Source: the human T2T-CHM13v2.0 reference genome, Homo sapiens. Taken from it: a stretch of DNA of 64,000 nt. The notes beneath the pieces are model-generated. The model did no database searches and was not told the DNA's origin. It worked only from the letters and a program-made list of their open reading frames with translations. The stretch lies in the NCBI RefSeq assembly GCF_009914755.1, contig NC_060932.1, one strand, 5' to 3'. The translations under genes were made by a program, and so were the position numbers. The stretch's first letter is position 1; each line of letters begins with the position of its first letter. Positions 26,289 through 41,300 of the stretch are shown piece after piece.

Positions 26289-27950
26289 TGTTTCAGAAGA
26301 AAATTGATTTCTTATAACCATGGTGGAGGTGGAGGATATTCATGGGAAACATGACATCAAACTCAATAATTAAAAAGTAAAACAGTAATAAGTGTGTTTA
26401 TATAAAACTTCAAACTTTCTTATGACAAAAACCTGACTTTCCTTCAACAATGTTAGCAACTAGTCAGAAGAATCCATTTTGTATATCTGTTCCACACATC
26501 CAAGACAAGTTACCTCAGTGAATAGGCTTTTGTAAAGAAACCAATCTGAGACCCTGAGTTTCTGACTCAGCCCATCATGGATTTACTTTCCAGTAAATGC
26601 ACTTCTGAATATAAACCAATCAACAAAGTCTCATACACATAACCGGGCTTCTACTAAAGGGATTTCAACCTACTTCCACATCTGGAAGTCTCTTAATCCC
26701 TGACCACCTTCAAAAACTCTATACAAAATTGTCACTCAGTGCCTGACCAGCATCACTCTCCTTTAATATACTAAGCAATAACTTCAGCTTTTTAATTCAG
26801 ATATTGAATAATGCCTCATCATCCTTTAACATATACATGGGGTTAATTTCTATTATAGTCAAAAAATCTTATGAATCATCAAAAAATAAATTGAATAGAA
26901 AAACATACAAAAGATATGAAGATCTATTTCACAAAAAAAGAAAATAAAACACGAGGAAACTATCTAAGAGCATGGCCAGTCTTACTGGTAATAAAAAAAA
27001 TTGTTGAATAAAATAGCAAGGTTTCATTTATTTTCATTTTGGAAGGTAAAGGCAGCAGAAATTGATAATAACTAATTTTGATAATGGCATGAAAAAATGG
27101 GCATTATTACACATCGCTTCTGTGAATAAACAAGGTACACTTTTAAGAGCTACGTAAAGCCTTGGAGATAAACATCACGACTGCATACTCTTTGGTGCAA
27201 AAATTTTGCTTCTAATAATCTATCTCAAGGAAATATTCAGAGAAGTATGTCACCAAGATGAATGTATGTATATATGTGTTTACTTATTCAAGAGTATTTA
27301 TTGAGCTTCAACACTGCATCTAGTAACAGTATATTCAACAAGACAAACATCCTGCTCACCTGTGTTGTACACCGTAGTGCAGGTTTACTCAAACTAAACC
27401 CACAGGCCAGGCCCCTAGGCTACCTGGTTTTGTAAACCACATAGCCATGCCCATTTGTTTACATATTGTCTATGGCTGTTTGCCTGCTAAAACAGCAGAG
27501 ATGAGTAGTTGTGACAGAGACCATATGGCTCACAAAGGCTAAAATATTTTCTATGTGGTCTTTTCCAGGAAAATCTTACAAATACACGGTTGAATGACTG
27601 AAAACATAATTCAGAAAAATATATAAAGAATATTATTTTTATAAAATTCAAAACAAAGAAAAACTAAATATATTATCCAGCAGAAAACATGCCTGGGGTA
27701 AAGCTGTATTTTTTTAAAGCATGAGAAGGATGACTGCAGAATCCAGGATTGTGATAAACTATGGGTAAGAAGAATCAATGTGATATAGAAAAGAAACTCA
27801 CAGAGTGTTTACAGCTTATTAGCAGCTCTTACTTTAGCTTTTACATGGGCTGTGATTTCACCAATGTTTGTTCCTTATTTGGCTTCATAGCTTATATGTA
27901 CATCACATATTCTTTTGTGTGTCAAATATTATTTCATAAGAAGAAAATAA
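26289..27950 (+). mobile_element. Old L1ME ORF2-end and 3'UTR fragments (host of the nested L1)
   Basis: Decayed L1ME-like patches at 26289-26430, 26890-27270 and 27600-27950. Confidence 0.6.
27380..27589 (+). mobile_element. MER58A-like hAT-Charlie MITE
   Basis: CCATGCCCATTTGTTTACATATTGTCTATGGCTG...GAGTAGTTGTGACAGAGACCATATGGC...AAAATATTT. Confidence 0.85.
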
Positions 27951-28354
27951 AGAAAAAAATGAAAAAGAATTGGTCACTAAAAATCTGGTTAGGAAGTCTG
28001 TACATGGGCTGGACAACTCTCTATTCAGGTGACTAAGTGTGCTATACCCCATAAGCTGTGTGATCCAGAAATGCCAGAGTATGGAGTCTTTTCCTACAGT
28101 TACAGCTTCTAGAAAATAATTCCTCTGAATTCCTTCAGGCATTGAGGGGTAGACCCTTACCTACTTATATTCTGTCAGAGGAAACTGGAGTTCTGGGGTT
28201 CAAAGTCATTAAGACTGATTTATCAACTACAAATACTTCTTGCCTCCCTGCAATGAAAGATGAGCATTTGCTCTGCTTGACAATTCCCTTAAGAATGTGT
28301 GAAGATTATATTGTTTTTAGTTATACTACTTGTTACTTTTTAAAATTTAAACAG

Positions 28355-28650
28355 CAGCTATATAGATGTACATATAGATATAATGTCTATACAAATTTAT
28401 GGCTGTTTGTATACATATTATTTATACATATATAGCTATGTTTGTATATCTATATACACATAAATATCTTTGTATATCTCTCTATATGTATATAGTTGCA
28501 TGTGTATGTGTGTATATTTCTATTTTCTATTTTCTATTTCCTCATGACATGGTGATCCTTGGAGTATATATACCTGTATGACAAAATGTACAAATGTACA
28601 CATATGTATAGATATCTCATCTTATATAGATAGTTTATACATATATCTTC
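28355..28650. repeat. TA/TG-rich low-complexity tract with an embedded 26-bp templated copy
   Basis: Seen directly; see findings. Confidence 0.85.
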
Positions 28651-29014
28651 GTTTTTCAATCATGATCTTAATGATCACTATGTAAACTGATATGTTAATC
28701 TTCCATTTATCTTTCCTATGATAATCTTACAAGTTTCAGGGTTTTGTGTTTTATTTTGGGGTTTTGTTTTGGTTTTTGTAGTTTCCAGTTAACCTATTTT
28801 CCTTCTCGACACACATAAAAAATGTCCCTTATATTCTCAAGATATCCCATCATACCAATTATCCTAGCTGTTGCTTGGAATCCTCTTTTCCTTTGGATAC
28901 TTGTCTTGGCAGAGCCCTATATCTTCCCAATCCAATCTCTACCAACTGCTTTCCAGGTAAAAAATGTTCGTTAATTTCTTGCTCCCTAGAATCTGAAAAT
29001 AATCATCCTTTTTA

Positions 29015-29331
<317 letters not shown>

Positions 29332-29344
29332 ATTGTCCTTTTTA

Positions 29345-29820
29345 AATTCTAGGAAATTGTAGCCTATTATCTTCTCAATAATTTTCTCTCTGCTTTTTCT
29401 ATGTTCTTCTTTTCTAAAACTATCAACTGTCTGGCATTACAACTCCTGGTTTTATCTTGCAGGTCTCTTTTCACCCTGTAATTATGCTTGTCTTTTAATA
29501 TTATTTTGCTCTGCGTTCTGGAAAATTTTGTCACTTTGATTTAAAAGGCCTTCTATTTAATTTTTTTTACAATTATATTTTTAATCTTTGAAAGGACTTT
29601 CAAATTCTTTGAGTATTCTGTCAATTCTCTTCTTATTTTATTTAAAAAATGTTGATTTTCTGAATATTCTAATCAGAGGTTTTTCAAAGTTCTACTTATC
29701 AAAACACACTTCCTCTATTAGCTTTTTTGTTTCATTAAGTTTTTTATAATCTTCATTCCTGATTTTCAATTTCCTCATGACATGGTGATCCTTGAGTTAT
29801 GTTCATATTTAAGAATAAAA
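29345..29820 (-). mobile_element. Old L1ME/HAL1-like ORF1 fragment
   Basis: T-rich TCTAGGAAATTGTAGCCTATTATCTTCTCAATAATTTTCTCT...TTGCTCTGCGTTCTGGAAAATTT. Confidence 0.5.
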
Positions 29821-29829
29821 AAATGACAA

Positions 29830-30178
<349 letters not shown>

Positions 30179-30924
30179 CTAACTCCTCACTAGGCCTGTC
30201 TCTTTAATGTGAGTTGTTTATAGGGTTCTGGGTATTACTTGGCATTTTCTGGGCTTTATTTAAAAGCACATGTGTTCGGGTAGGAGTGAACTATATTTAG
30301 GCCTGCAGTGCCACAAATATCACAACAAAAAGAGTTTTACTCTGGAAATAATTAGCTTATACATTTATTTCCTGATTTATCAACTTTAGACAAGAGTTCT
30401 TTACCTTTTCAGAAAGAGTGGTGAGGATTTGTTTCTTTCACTCTTCATCTTTCTTCGTACAACTACTAAAAAATTTAATTCTGTCTCTATTCCTGGTTTC
30501 CAAGCCCACCCTCCCATATCCCGTTAGCCCTCATGCTATTCTTTATCTAAGAGCCCCTAATGGAGTTCACATTTCCTCCCTCTTTCCTGACCGTTTCTTT
30601 ATATGGAATCTTCCCTCTCCTGGATAAAACTGTCTTAAGGAACCAGTTGAATTTGAGCCAATATGGCAAACCATTCCATGTTAAAGGATGCTTTTGAGTC
30701 AGACTCCCTAGAAAACATTGGAATTTTAACTAACTTTCTGAATCAATAGCTTAATCCAAGTTGCCCCTACATGTGTGAGAATGGATTGGATGATTTTAAA
30801 ATCTGAGCAAGGTTTCTAAAAGAAGTACTTTGAGACACTGGGAACTGAAAATGAGAAGGATAAAGAATTATGAGTGTATTTGGGATGCTGAAAGTGAAAT
30901 AAATACTTACATAATTTAAACACC

Positions 30925-31376
30925 ATAACCAATAAGGAAATTCTGTTTTGTTACTTTAAAAGAAGTCCCAATGCTGGACGACTTCAATTTTAGGAGATTC
31001 AATAGCTCAGTGACGTCATGGAGGTCCAGAATCTTTATTACTTTCATCTCTGCCAACCTCAGGTCAGCAAACCCTCATGACCACAAGATGGTTACCCCTG
31101 GTGGTTTACTTATGTCTCTTCTTGATTATAGCAGCATTCTGAAGCCTCCCTGTTGAATTCCTCTTCTTTCTCATTAACCAACATTAGGTCACATAATCTT
31201 CTAATCAATCACTGGAAAAAGGAATGAAATTACTGTGATTGGCTTAAATTAGTCAGGATTTACCCTGAACAATGTGGAAGGGGAGAAGGGATTGAAAATT
31301 TCAGCAAAATTGGAACTCTGCAGTCAGAAAGAACAAAGAAATTATTTAGAGACAGCAGGCAGCCAACAGTGTCTTG
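30925..31376 (-). mobile_element. Old MaLR/ERVL LTR (MLT1L/LTR33-like)
   Basis: CACAAGATGG...AATCAATCACTGG...GATTGGCTTAAATTAGTCAGGATTTACCC...CAAAATTGGAACTCTG...GGCAGCCAACAGTGTCT. Confidence 0.6.
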
Positions 31377-33121
31377 TTTAGTCTTAACTATTGAACCATC
31401 AGAGAAGCTAAGAGAGGTGGCTTCTTGTTTTCTTTCAGTGATTCAACATGTGCCATGTAAGCTTAGATGTGAATATAGAGAAGACAATGAGGATATTAAT
31501 ACCATATAGTTGATCAGAGCCAGAAGCAGGCATTCTTCATAAAAATATTCATCAGTTTGAAAAGGGGATCAAAGATAATTTTTTTTCTGCATCTATGAAA
31601 TGACTTTTCTCTCTTCCTCCCGCCTTTTTTGTTTCACTGCTGGTGAATTCCAGTGCATCTTCTTAGACCATAGAGACTGTAGGCAGACTAAGATATAGTT
31701 CTTCTCCTGATATTTTATAAGAGTTTAGTATAGTAGATGGTAAAATTTTGAAGCACCTTACTCAATGCAGGTTTGAACGTACTCACTAGCAGCCCAAGCC
31801 TGGTACAGCTTGATAAGGGTTGCCAAGGAGACAGACAGCTGGTTTAATGATAGCTGATAACAGTCCTTTCAAAGGCTTCACACAGTCGAGGAGGGGAAGG
31901 AAAGTGAGGGAGAAATGGAAGAGGGCTGAGATGAGTAGGTGCACTGAGAAGGTTTCCCTTCAGCATTTCCTCCTCCTAACCCAGGACTTAGCGGTATGAT
32001 GGCGATATAACTTTATTACAACTAAAGAGCTTATTGACAGGCACACAATGCTCTCTAACCAAGCTAATTTATGTTCTGCTTATGTCGACCAGCGCATAAT
32101 GCAATGAAAATTATATGGGTTTTGAAAAAGTAAAGTGAACTCTGTAGGGTCTCGTTCAATTAGTTTCTCCACAGAACACAATCCATGTAAACTGGCAGAA
32201 CCACTGAAATGCATCCCTTCCTCAACCCCACCTGAAGCACAGCCTGCTGTGAGCTGGGGCTCACTTGCTCTCTGAATTTGTTATTTGTGATCTGAAAAAT
32301 GTCATTTTTATATCCTCATTTCTTTCCATGACTTGTTATTTGTAGTTTCTAAGTACATTCAAAGCTATTTAATTACCTAATTTTAAATGTAGACTAAGAA
32401 AAAAGACCCTGCAGGCTAGATAATCTGTCTATCAATACTGAAGTCAAACAAATAAGACAAAATTTAAAATCTTTGCAAACCCATTCAGGATTTTTTTTTA
32501 AATCAGATACTGAACTATTTAAACAATAAGGCCTAACATTTAACAACATTTTATAATTGATTTTTATTGCTCTTTGAGTTTGAAGCGATGGAATGGGCAG
32601 ATCTGACAGTCTTTTCAATTTCTTTAATGGATAACACATTTCACATTTAACTTTCTGGGAGTCTCAGGTCTGGGACCATGGAATTTTGGTCTCTTCATGA
32701 GCCGCCCAGTAATTTAGCCCCACAGATAACCTGGAATTCTTGCTGCCTTCCTGGATGAAAGGCATCTTCTAAGCAATCTTGGAGGGTCTGAACTAATTTC
32801 TCCAGAATAAGTTTGTTGACACATGCAGTTTGCCATGAGCGTCTTTCTGCTAGGTAACCACAGTTTAAAATAGGAAGTTGTAATCTTCAAATTTGAAGGG
32901 TTTTAATTCATATAATTTTAGAAAAGAATAATAAATAATATAATGTTTTTTTAATAATTTGCCACTGGTAATCAAGTTTTTGAAGGACAAAATCAAGCTG
33001 CTTAAAAAGAAACCATTTATATGTTAATGGGTATGAAAGTTTAAAAGAAGAAAATATGTATAATTTTTGTAATAGTATCGTGAAACCATAGTATAGGAAA
33101 ATATTTGGGGCAAAGGAAGTA

Positions 33122-33457
33122 CAGCAATGTGTCGCATAATGTCAGGAATATGTTTTGAGAAATGCTTTGTTAAGCGATTTTGTCATTATGTGAGCTTCAT
33201 AGAGTGTATTTACACACACCTAGATGGTATAGCCCACGACATTCCTCAGGCTATATGGTATAGCCTGGGTTACAAACCTGTACAGCATGTTACTGCACTG
33301 AATCTTGTAGGCCTTTATAACACCATGGTGAGTATTTGTGTATCTAAACATACCTCAACATAAAAAAGGTGCAGTAAAAGTACAGCATTATAATCTTATG
33401 GGACCAACTATGTACAGTCTGTCGTTGATTGAAATGTCTTTATGCAGAACATGACTG
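33122..33457 (+). mobile_element. Tigger3a (MER7A)-like MITE
   Basis: Degenerate TIRs CAGCAATGTGTCGCATAA / TTATGCAGAACATGACTG, with TA on the left. Internal CCTAGATGGTATAGCC...ACAAACCTGTACAGCATGTTACTG. Confidence 0.9.
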
Positions 33458-33578
33458 CAATGTCTTGTCCACCCCTCTGTTTACAGAAAGATAGTCTTTT
33501 TTCCCACAATTGTTTTTTATTCTTTAAAATCAGAAGAAAAACACATCACCTCATAACAAATTTATCACAACTAATTTT

Positions 33579-33886
<308 letters not shown>

Positions 33887-33989
33887 TCACAACTCATTTT
33901 GAATCTCAACTATTTAGATATTTTTATTATTAACCCTATTCCAATCTATTAATTTTTACTCTGCTTGTGTGTGTGTGTGTATTTGTATT

Positions 33990-34135
33990 TTCCTTTGACT
34001 GAAACTGTCATCATGCTTATATTTACTTGCTTATTACATGTCTCACCAAATAAAATGTTAAGTTCCATCAAGGCAGGGATTTCATTTTGTTGACTACCCT
34101 ATCCCAGGAGCCTATAACATTGCCTAAGATGCAAT
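33990..34135 (+). mobile_element. L2 3' fragment
   Basis: TAAGTTCCATCAAGGCAGGGATTTC...TATCCCAGGAGCCTATAACATTGCCT. Confidence 0.65.
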
Positions 34136-34465
34136 AATTTTTTAAATTAATTTAATAAACACTGGAACTATTTCTCATCCAGAGTACCTCAGTCTTATAT
34201 TAGGGAAGTAAAATTACTGTTTCGCCAAAACATTTTTGAGATTGCTTAAATTCAGTGTTCTTGTAGGGGCTGTCATATTCAGCTAAACACAATGGATGGA
34301 TATGAAGAAATTATTATTTTATTGAAAGACAATACTTTAATGGATTAGCAAATAACAAAAGATGACATCTAATTAATTGTATCGTAAATGATAAATTACA
34401 GAAGAGTTCTTAAAAGGTAAAGATCAATATGTAGTGGAGTCAGGAAGTTCAATAGACCCTTGACA

Positions 34466-34698
34466 TGGGTTAGAGCTGAGTTGTGTCCCCCTGTAAAATT
34501 CATATATTGAACTCCTAGCCTCCAGCACCTCAGAATGAGACTGCATTTGGAAATAGGACCTTTAAAAAAAGTAAAGGTAGAATGTGTTTGTATGTTTGGG
34601 CCTTAATCCAATGACTGATGTTCTTCTAAGAAGCAACGGTAAGGAGACGGCCAGTGCACAGAGAGGTAAAACAAGGCACAGGGAACTGATGAAGGCAC
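34466..34698 (+). mobile_element. MLT1A-like LTR, 5' half
   Basis: TGTGTCCCC...AAATTCATATATTGAACTCCTAGCCTCCAGCACCTCAGAATG...GGGCCTTAATCCAATGACTG. Confidence 0.85.
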
Positions 34699-36047
<1,349 letters not shown>

Positions 36048-36049
36048 AC

Positions 36050-37895
36050 ATTAATTTGTGTATGATTTGAAATAGAGCTCAAGGTTTGTTTTTACTGTAT
36101 AGACATTCAGCTTTTCTACCTTAACTCATGGAACATATTTGTTTTTCTATGGAATTACTTTAACATCTCTGTTGAAATTAGTTTATTGTATAAAGATAAA
36201 TATTTCTGGACTTGATTCTGTCCTATTAATATATTTGAATATTCCTATGTCAATATGATGGTCTTGATTATTCATAATAGAGAGTCTTCAAGTCAAATAG
36301 TGTAAACTCACAATTTTTGACTATTCTAGATTCTTTATAATGTGTTTGTTAATTCTTGATATTAGGGTTATTCTGGCCACATAAAGCTAGTTGGGAAGGG
36401 ATTCCCCTTTCACTATTTTCTAAAAGAGTATACATTAGACTGTTTTTATCCCTTGCAAGTGTTTGACAATAAAATACTTCAGGTTTGAAGAGGTCATTGA
36501 GGAAAGAGCTTCACAATAAATTTGATTTCTTTAATATGTACAAGTTTGTTTAGATTTCTATTTTATTCGTGTGAAGTTTTGACAGTTGTGTTTTTCAAGA
36601 ATTTCTATTTCTATTTTTATGCTCTTAGTGAATGGTGTAAAGATGTCCAAAATATTCCTTTATTGTCTTTTTAATGTTTGTAGGATCTGTTGCAAAATCT
36701 ACTTTTTTATTTGTTATAAATAATTTGTGGTTTTTAAAATATTATAATAATTTGGGTTTTTTTCGGTTTTTCTCCTTGATGGATCTTGCTAGCATTCATC
36801 AATGTTTTTCAAAATTGACTTCTGGCTTTGGTGATTTCCTCTACAGTTTATCTATTTCCTATGTATTTGATTTATTCTCTATCTTTATTATTTTTTCCTG
36901 TCATTTATTTTGGGGGAAATTTTAATAATTTTTTTCTTCATTCTTAAAGTAGAAAATTAGATCAATCAATTTTAATCCTTTTTTCTGAATTTCAAAATTA
37001 TAAATGTCTAAGCATTTTTAGGTGCTGCCCACAAATTTTGATATGTTACTATTTTGCATTTTCATCATAATTTAATTCAAAATAATTTCTAATACTTTCT
37101 GTGATTTGTTTGGCCCATAGTTTATTTATAGTCTGTTAATTTCAAAATAATTCAGCTTTCATTAAAATTTTATTGCTATGGATTTATAAAATAATGCTAC
37201 TGATATTAAAAAACATACATTGTGAAATTTTATGTTACACCTTGCTTAACATTCCATGTGCATGTGAAGGAGTATGAATTTTGTAGGTATTACTTATACC
37301 ATTTTATAGATGCTAATTGGGTCAGGGTGGATTCTAGTGTTATTGAAATATTTTATATTATTCTAACTTTTATCTTGTTACCCTATCAATTACCAAGGCC
37401 AATATCTTGCTTTAGCTATGTCAATATTACTTCATATATTTTTAAGTTATTAAATAAGTACTTACACATTTATGGTTGTTTTAGTTTCATGATTAACTGA
37501 ATCTTTATCACTACAAAGTGTCCACTTACTTTCTTGAAACCTATATTTTCTGTTATTAATATAGCCACCCAACTTTTTCATGATTAGTGTTTTCTAGATG
37601 CATTTTTCTTTTTACTTTTAATTTATCTTTGTCATTGTATTTAGACTATGTCTCTTGGAGACAACATACGAATAGGCCTTGCTTTTATATAGTCTGATAA
37701 TTTCACTTTTTAATTTGATTTTTAATCCATTTACATTCAATGTAAATATTAGTATGATATTATCAGCCTGCCACTTTAATTCCTATATTGGCATTTTAGC
37801 TAAAGAATTTAAGAGTATCTTTAAATGACAATTCTTTGGAATATAATATACTTTCTTAACTTACCACTCCTTTAGATTCAGTATTTTACCACTTC
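36050..37895 (-). mobile_element. Old L1M(E) ORF2, decayed
   Basis: T-rich antisense L1 motifs, e.g. CCCACAAATTTTGATATGTT and TTAATATAGCCACCCAACTTTTTCATGATTAGTGTTT. Confidence 0.7.
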
Positions 37896-37897
37896 CA

Positions 37898-38000
37898 AAG
37901 AAGCCATCACAAAAGACCACATATTATATAATTCCATTCATATGAAGATCCAGAATAGAAAAATCTACAAAGGCAAATAGTATATTAGTAGTCACGTAAG
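37898..38000 (+). mobile_element. L1MB/MC 3'UTR fragment
   Basis: AAGAAGCCATCACAAAAGACCACATATTATATAATTCCATTCATATGAA..TCCAGAATAG. Confidence 0.7.
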
Positions 38001-38108
38001 CCTTTTTCATTCATACAAAGAATAAGGCTTTTGGAATTTTTATACAGATTACATTTAATCTGTATATCACTTGGATCTTGGATAGTCTTCACATCCTAAC
38101 AATATAAA

Positions 38109-38110
<2 letters not shown>

Positions 38111-38156
<46 letters not shown>

Positions 38157-38302
38157 AGATGGGAGTCTCGTTCTGTCTCCCAGGCTGGAGTGCACTGGCA
38201 TGATCTTGGCCAGGCTAGTCTCTAACTCCTGATTTCAAGTGATCCACCCACCTCGGCCTCCCAAAGTGCTGGGATTACAGGCGTGAGCCACTGTGCCTGG
38301 CC
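38111..38302 (-). mobile_element. Internally deleted or chimeric Alu with a T45 tail and no TSD
   Basis: Right-arm end joined to the left arm at TTGGC (38206-38210), with about 135 bp of Alu missing. Confidence 0.95.
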
Positions 38303-41300
38303 TATCCACATATTTTTAAGTTTTTAAGTTTTTCTTTTGTTATTGATTTCTAGCTTCATCCCACTGTGGTCATAAAGAATACTTTGTGTGATTTCGATCT
38401 TTTTAAGTTTATTTTGGTACTTGTCTTGTGGCCTAACATATAGTCTATGCTGGAGAATGTTTTATGTGCACTTAAGAAGAATGTGTATTCTGCCATTGTT
38501 GGGAGGAGTATGCTATACATGTCTGTTAGGTCTAGCTAGTTTGTAGCATTGTTTAAGTCTTTTATTTCTTTATTGATCCCGAGATGTTCTATCCATTAAT
38601 GAACATGATGCGTTAAATCTTCTGTTATTGTAGAACTCTCTACTGTAGAACCCTCTATTTCTCCCTTCAATTCTGACAATGTTTATTTCATATGTTTTGG
38701 GACTCTGTAGTCTGGCGAATACTTGTTTATAATTCTTATTTCTTTTCAAAGAATGGACTCTTGTGGCAACAGTTAATGTTTATCTTTGTTTCTTATAACA
38801 GTTTTTAAATAAAAGTGTTTTGTCTGAATTAATGTATTCATATCAGCTCTTTTATGCTTACTATTTGCTTTGAACATCTTTTTTTACCCCTTCACTTTCA
38901 ATCAATTTATCTTTGGGTCTAAAGTGAAATCTCTTGACTGCATATAGTTGGATTATGTTTTACTGTTGTTATTTGTTTGTTTCTTCATTCTACTAGTCTC
39001 TGTTGTTTGATTAGAAAGTTTAATTAATTTACATTTAAAGTAATTATTGATAAGAAAGGACTTACTTCTGCCATTTTGCTATTTGTTTTGTATATGTCCT
39101 ATAAATATTTTATCCCTATTTCCTCCATTACTACTTTTTCTTATTTAGCTGATTTTTTCATAGTGAACAATTTTTATTCCATTATCATTGCCTCCTACAC
39201 ACAGTTTTTTAGATATTTTATCTGTGGTTACAATGGAGATTACATTTAACATTTTAAATTTATAAGACCTACTTTGTATTGATACCAACTTAACATCAAT
39301 AGTTTACACAATCTGTGTTTTACGTCTTTGTTGTTGAGTTGTATCTTTATACATTGTCTACTCCAATAATCAATTTATAGTTATTTTTATGTTTTTGTCT
39401 TTTAAATTCTTTAGGAAATAAAAAGTGAATTTACAAATCAAATTATCCCAATAATAACTTATAGATTTGCTCATGTATTCTCCTTAATGGGGATCTTTAT
39501 CTCTTCAATATGGCTTTTAGTTAAACTGTGGAGTGTCCTTTCATTTCAACTTAAAGAACATCTTTTAGCATTTCTTTTTAAGATAGGTGTTTTAAAATGT
39601 AGGTTTTATTATTCAGGTATGGCAAGGCCAAAAGATCAGGGCATGATTGTTATTAAAAATATAGTTTGTTACTCACAGTCCCCAAGAGGAAGGAACACAC
39701 CTCATCATAAAGGGCTGTACAAGGAAGCATCAGGATGGGTCAGGAAGCAGGAGGAACAGAGAAAACATGAGCAAGAGCCTTTACTGAGGTTTCTGTGACA
39801 AGGAATAGGTGAAGCAGAGTAAGCAGACTTAGAATTGACTAGTTTGAATAATTTCAGTGGGCTCTGTAGTGTACAAGCTCTCTTGAGTTGTCTGGTACTT
39901 GACCCTGGGGTAACTAGGCTAGGGGACTATTGGCTCAGAATGTAAAGAGGAAGTGATAGAGGAAGCGGGAAGGGAAGGCTGTCTATTAGTTCATTTATGT
40001 AAAAGCCATGCTCACAAACAAATAGTTTTCTATTTCTAGGAATTGGCTAGCCGAGAGAGGGGCAATCTCTCTAGGGTCAATAAGATGTCAGATGTCAAAA
40101 CATCAAAATTAAAAGACATGGTTAATACAGCAGGTCTACCTTTTGTTTATCTGGAAATGTCTTAATTTCTCCCTCATTTTTGAAGAACAGTTTTGCCAGA
40201 TGTGAAACTCTCAATTGAAAGTGTAGTTTCTTTCTCTACTTTAAATGTTATCCCAATGTCTTCTGTTCTCTTTGATTTCTCATGAGAAACCAGCTATTTA
40301 TCTTACAGAAAATACCTTGTACATGACAAGTTGCTTTTTTCATGCTGTGTTTAAGATTCTTTTCTTGTCTTTGACTTTTGACAGTTTGATTTTAATGTGT
40401 GTCAGTGTGACTCTCATTGAGGTTATCCTGCTTGGAGTTCTTCGAGCACTTAGATTTGTAGACTCATGTCTTACATTGAATTTTAGGAGTTTTCTGCCAC
40501 TATTTTGTTAAAATACTCTTTCCACCTCTTTCTTTCTCTTTTCTTCTGTGAACCCCATAATGAATATGTTGGTGCACTTGATGGTATACCACAGGTATTT
40601 TAGTCTCTATTTAGCTTTCTTCATGCTTTTCTTCTTTTGCTCCTCAGATTTGATAACTTTACTTATTTTATCTTGAAGCTTGCTGATTTTTTCTTCTGCC
40701 TGCTCAACTTTGCTACTGAACACCTCTAGTGAATTTTTTATTTCAGTTATTGCACTTTTCAGCTCCAGAATTTCTGTTTCCTTCCTTTTTATAATTTCAC
40801 TTTATTGATATGTTCAGTTTGTTCATACATTATTTTCCTAATTTCCCTTTGTTTATACATGGTTTTCATTAGATTTTTTATCATATTTAATACAGTTGTT
40901 TTAAAGTATTTTTCTAGTAAGTCTGATGTTTGGACTTCCTCAGGGATGATTTCCATTGATTTATTTGTTTCTTTAGATGAGCCATCCTTTCCTGATTCTT
41001 TGTAAGCCTTGTGATGTTTTTTGTTGAAAACTGGACATTTGAGTATTATAATGTGGTAACTCTGAAAATCAGATTAACACCCTTCCCCAAAGTTTGCTGT
41101 GTTTTTTGTTTGCTTGTTAGATTAAAGGCTGTAATAGTCCACTTATTTAATGACTATCCCAAATAATTCTTGCAAAGACTATTTCTTGTGGTCACTTAGT
41201 TCTTTGTTCTTTAGCTTGTGTTAGCTAATGTTTTGAGGGAATTCCCTTGAATTTCAGGAGCTAAATATAAAATAAACAACAAAAGACGTTTTCTCTTGTC

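Noticed and set aside
28398-28409. 12-bp TATGGCTGTTTG shared with the MER58A copy near 27471
   Set aside because: Too short to separate from chance, although it lies in the same TA tract as the 26-bp copy.
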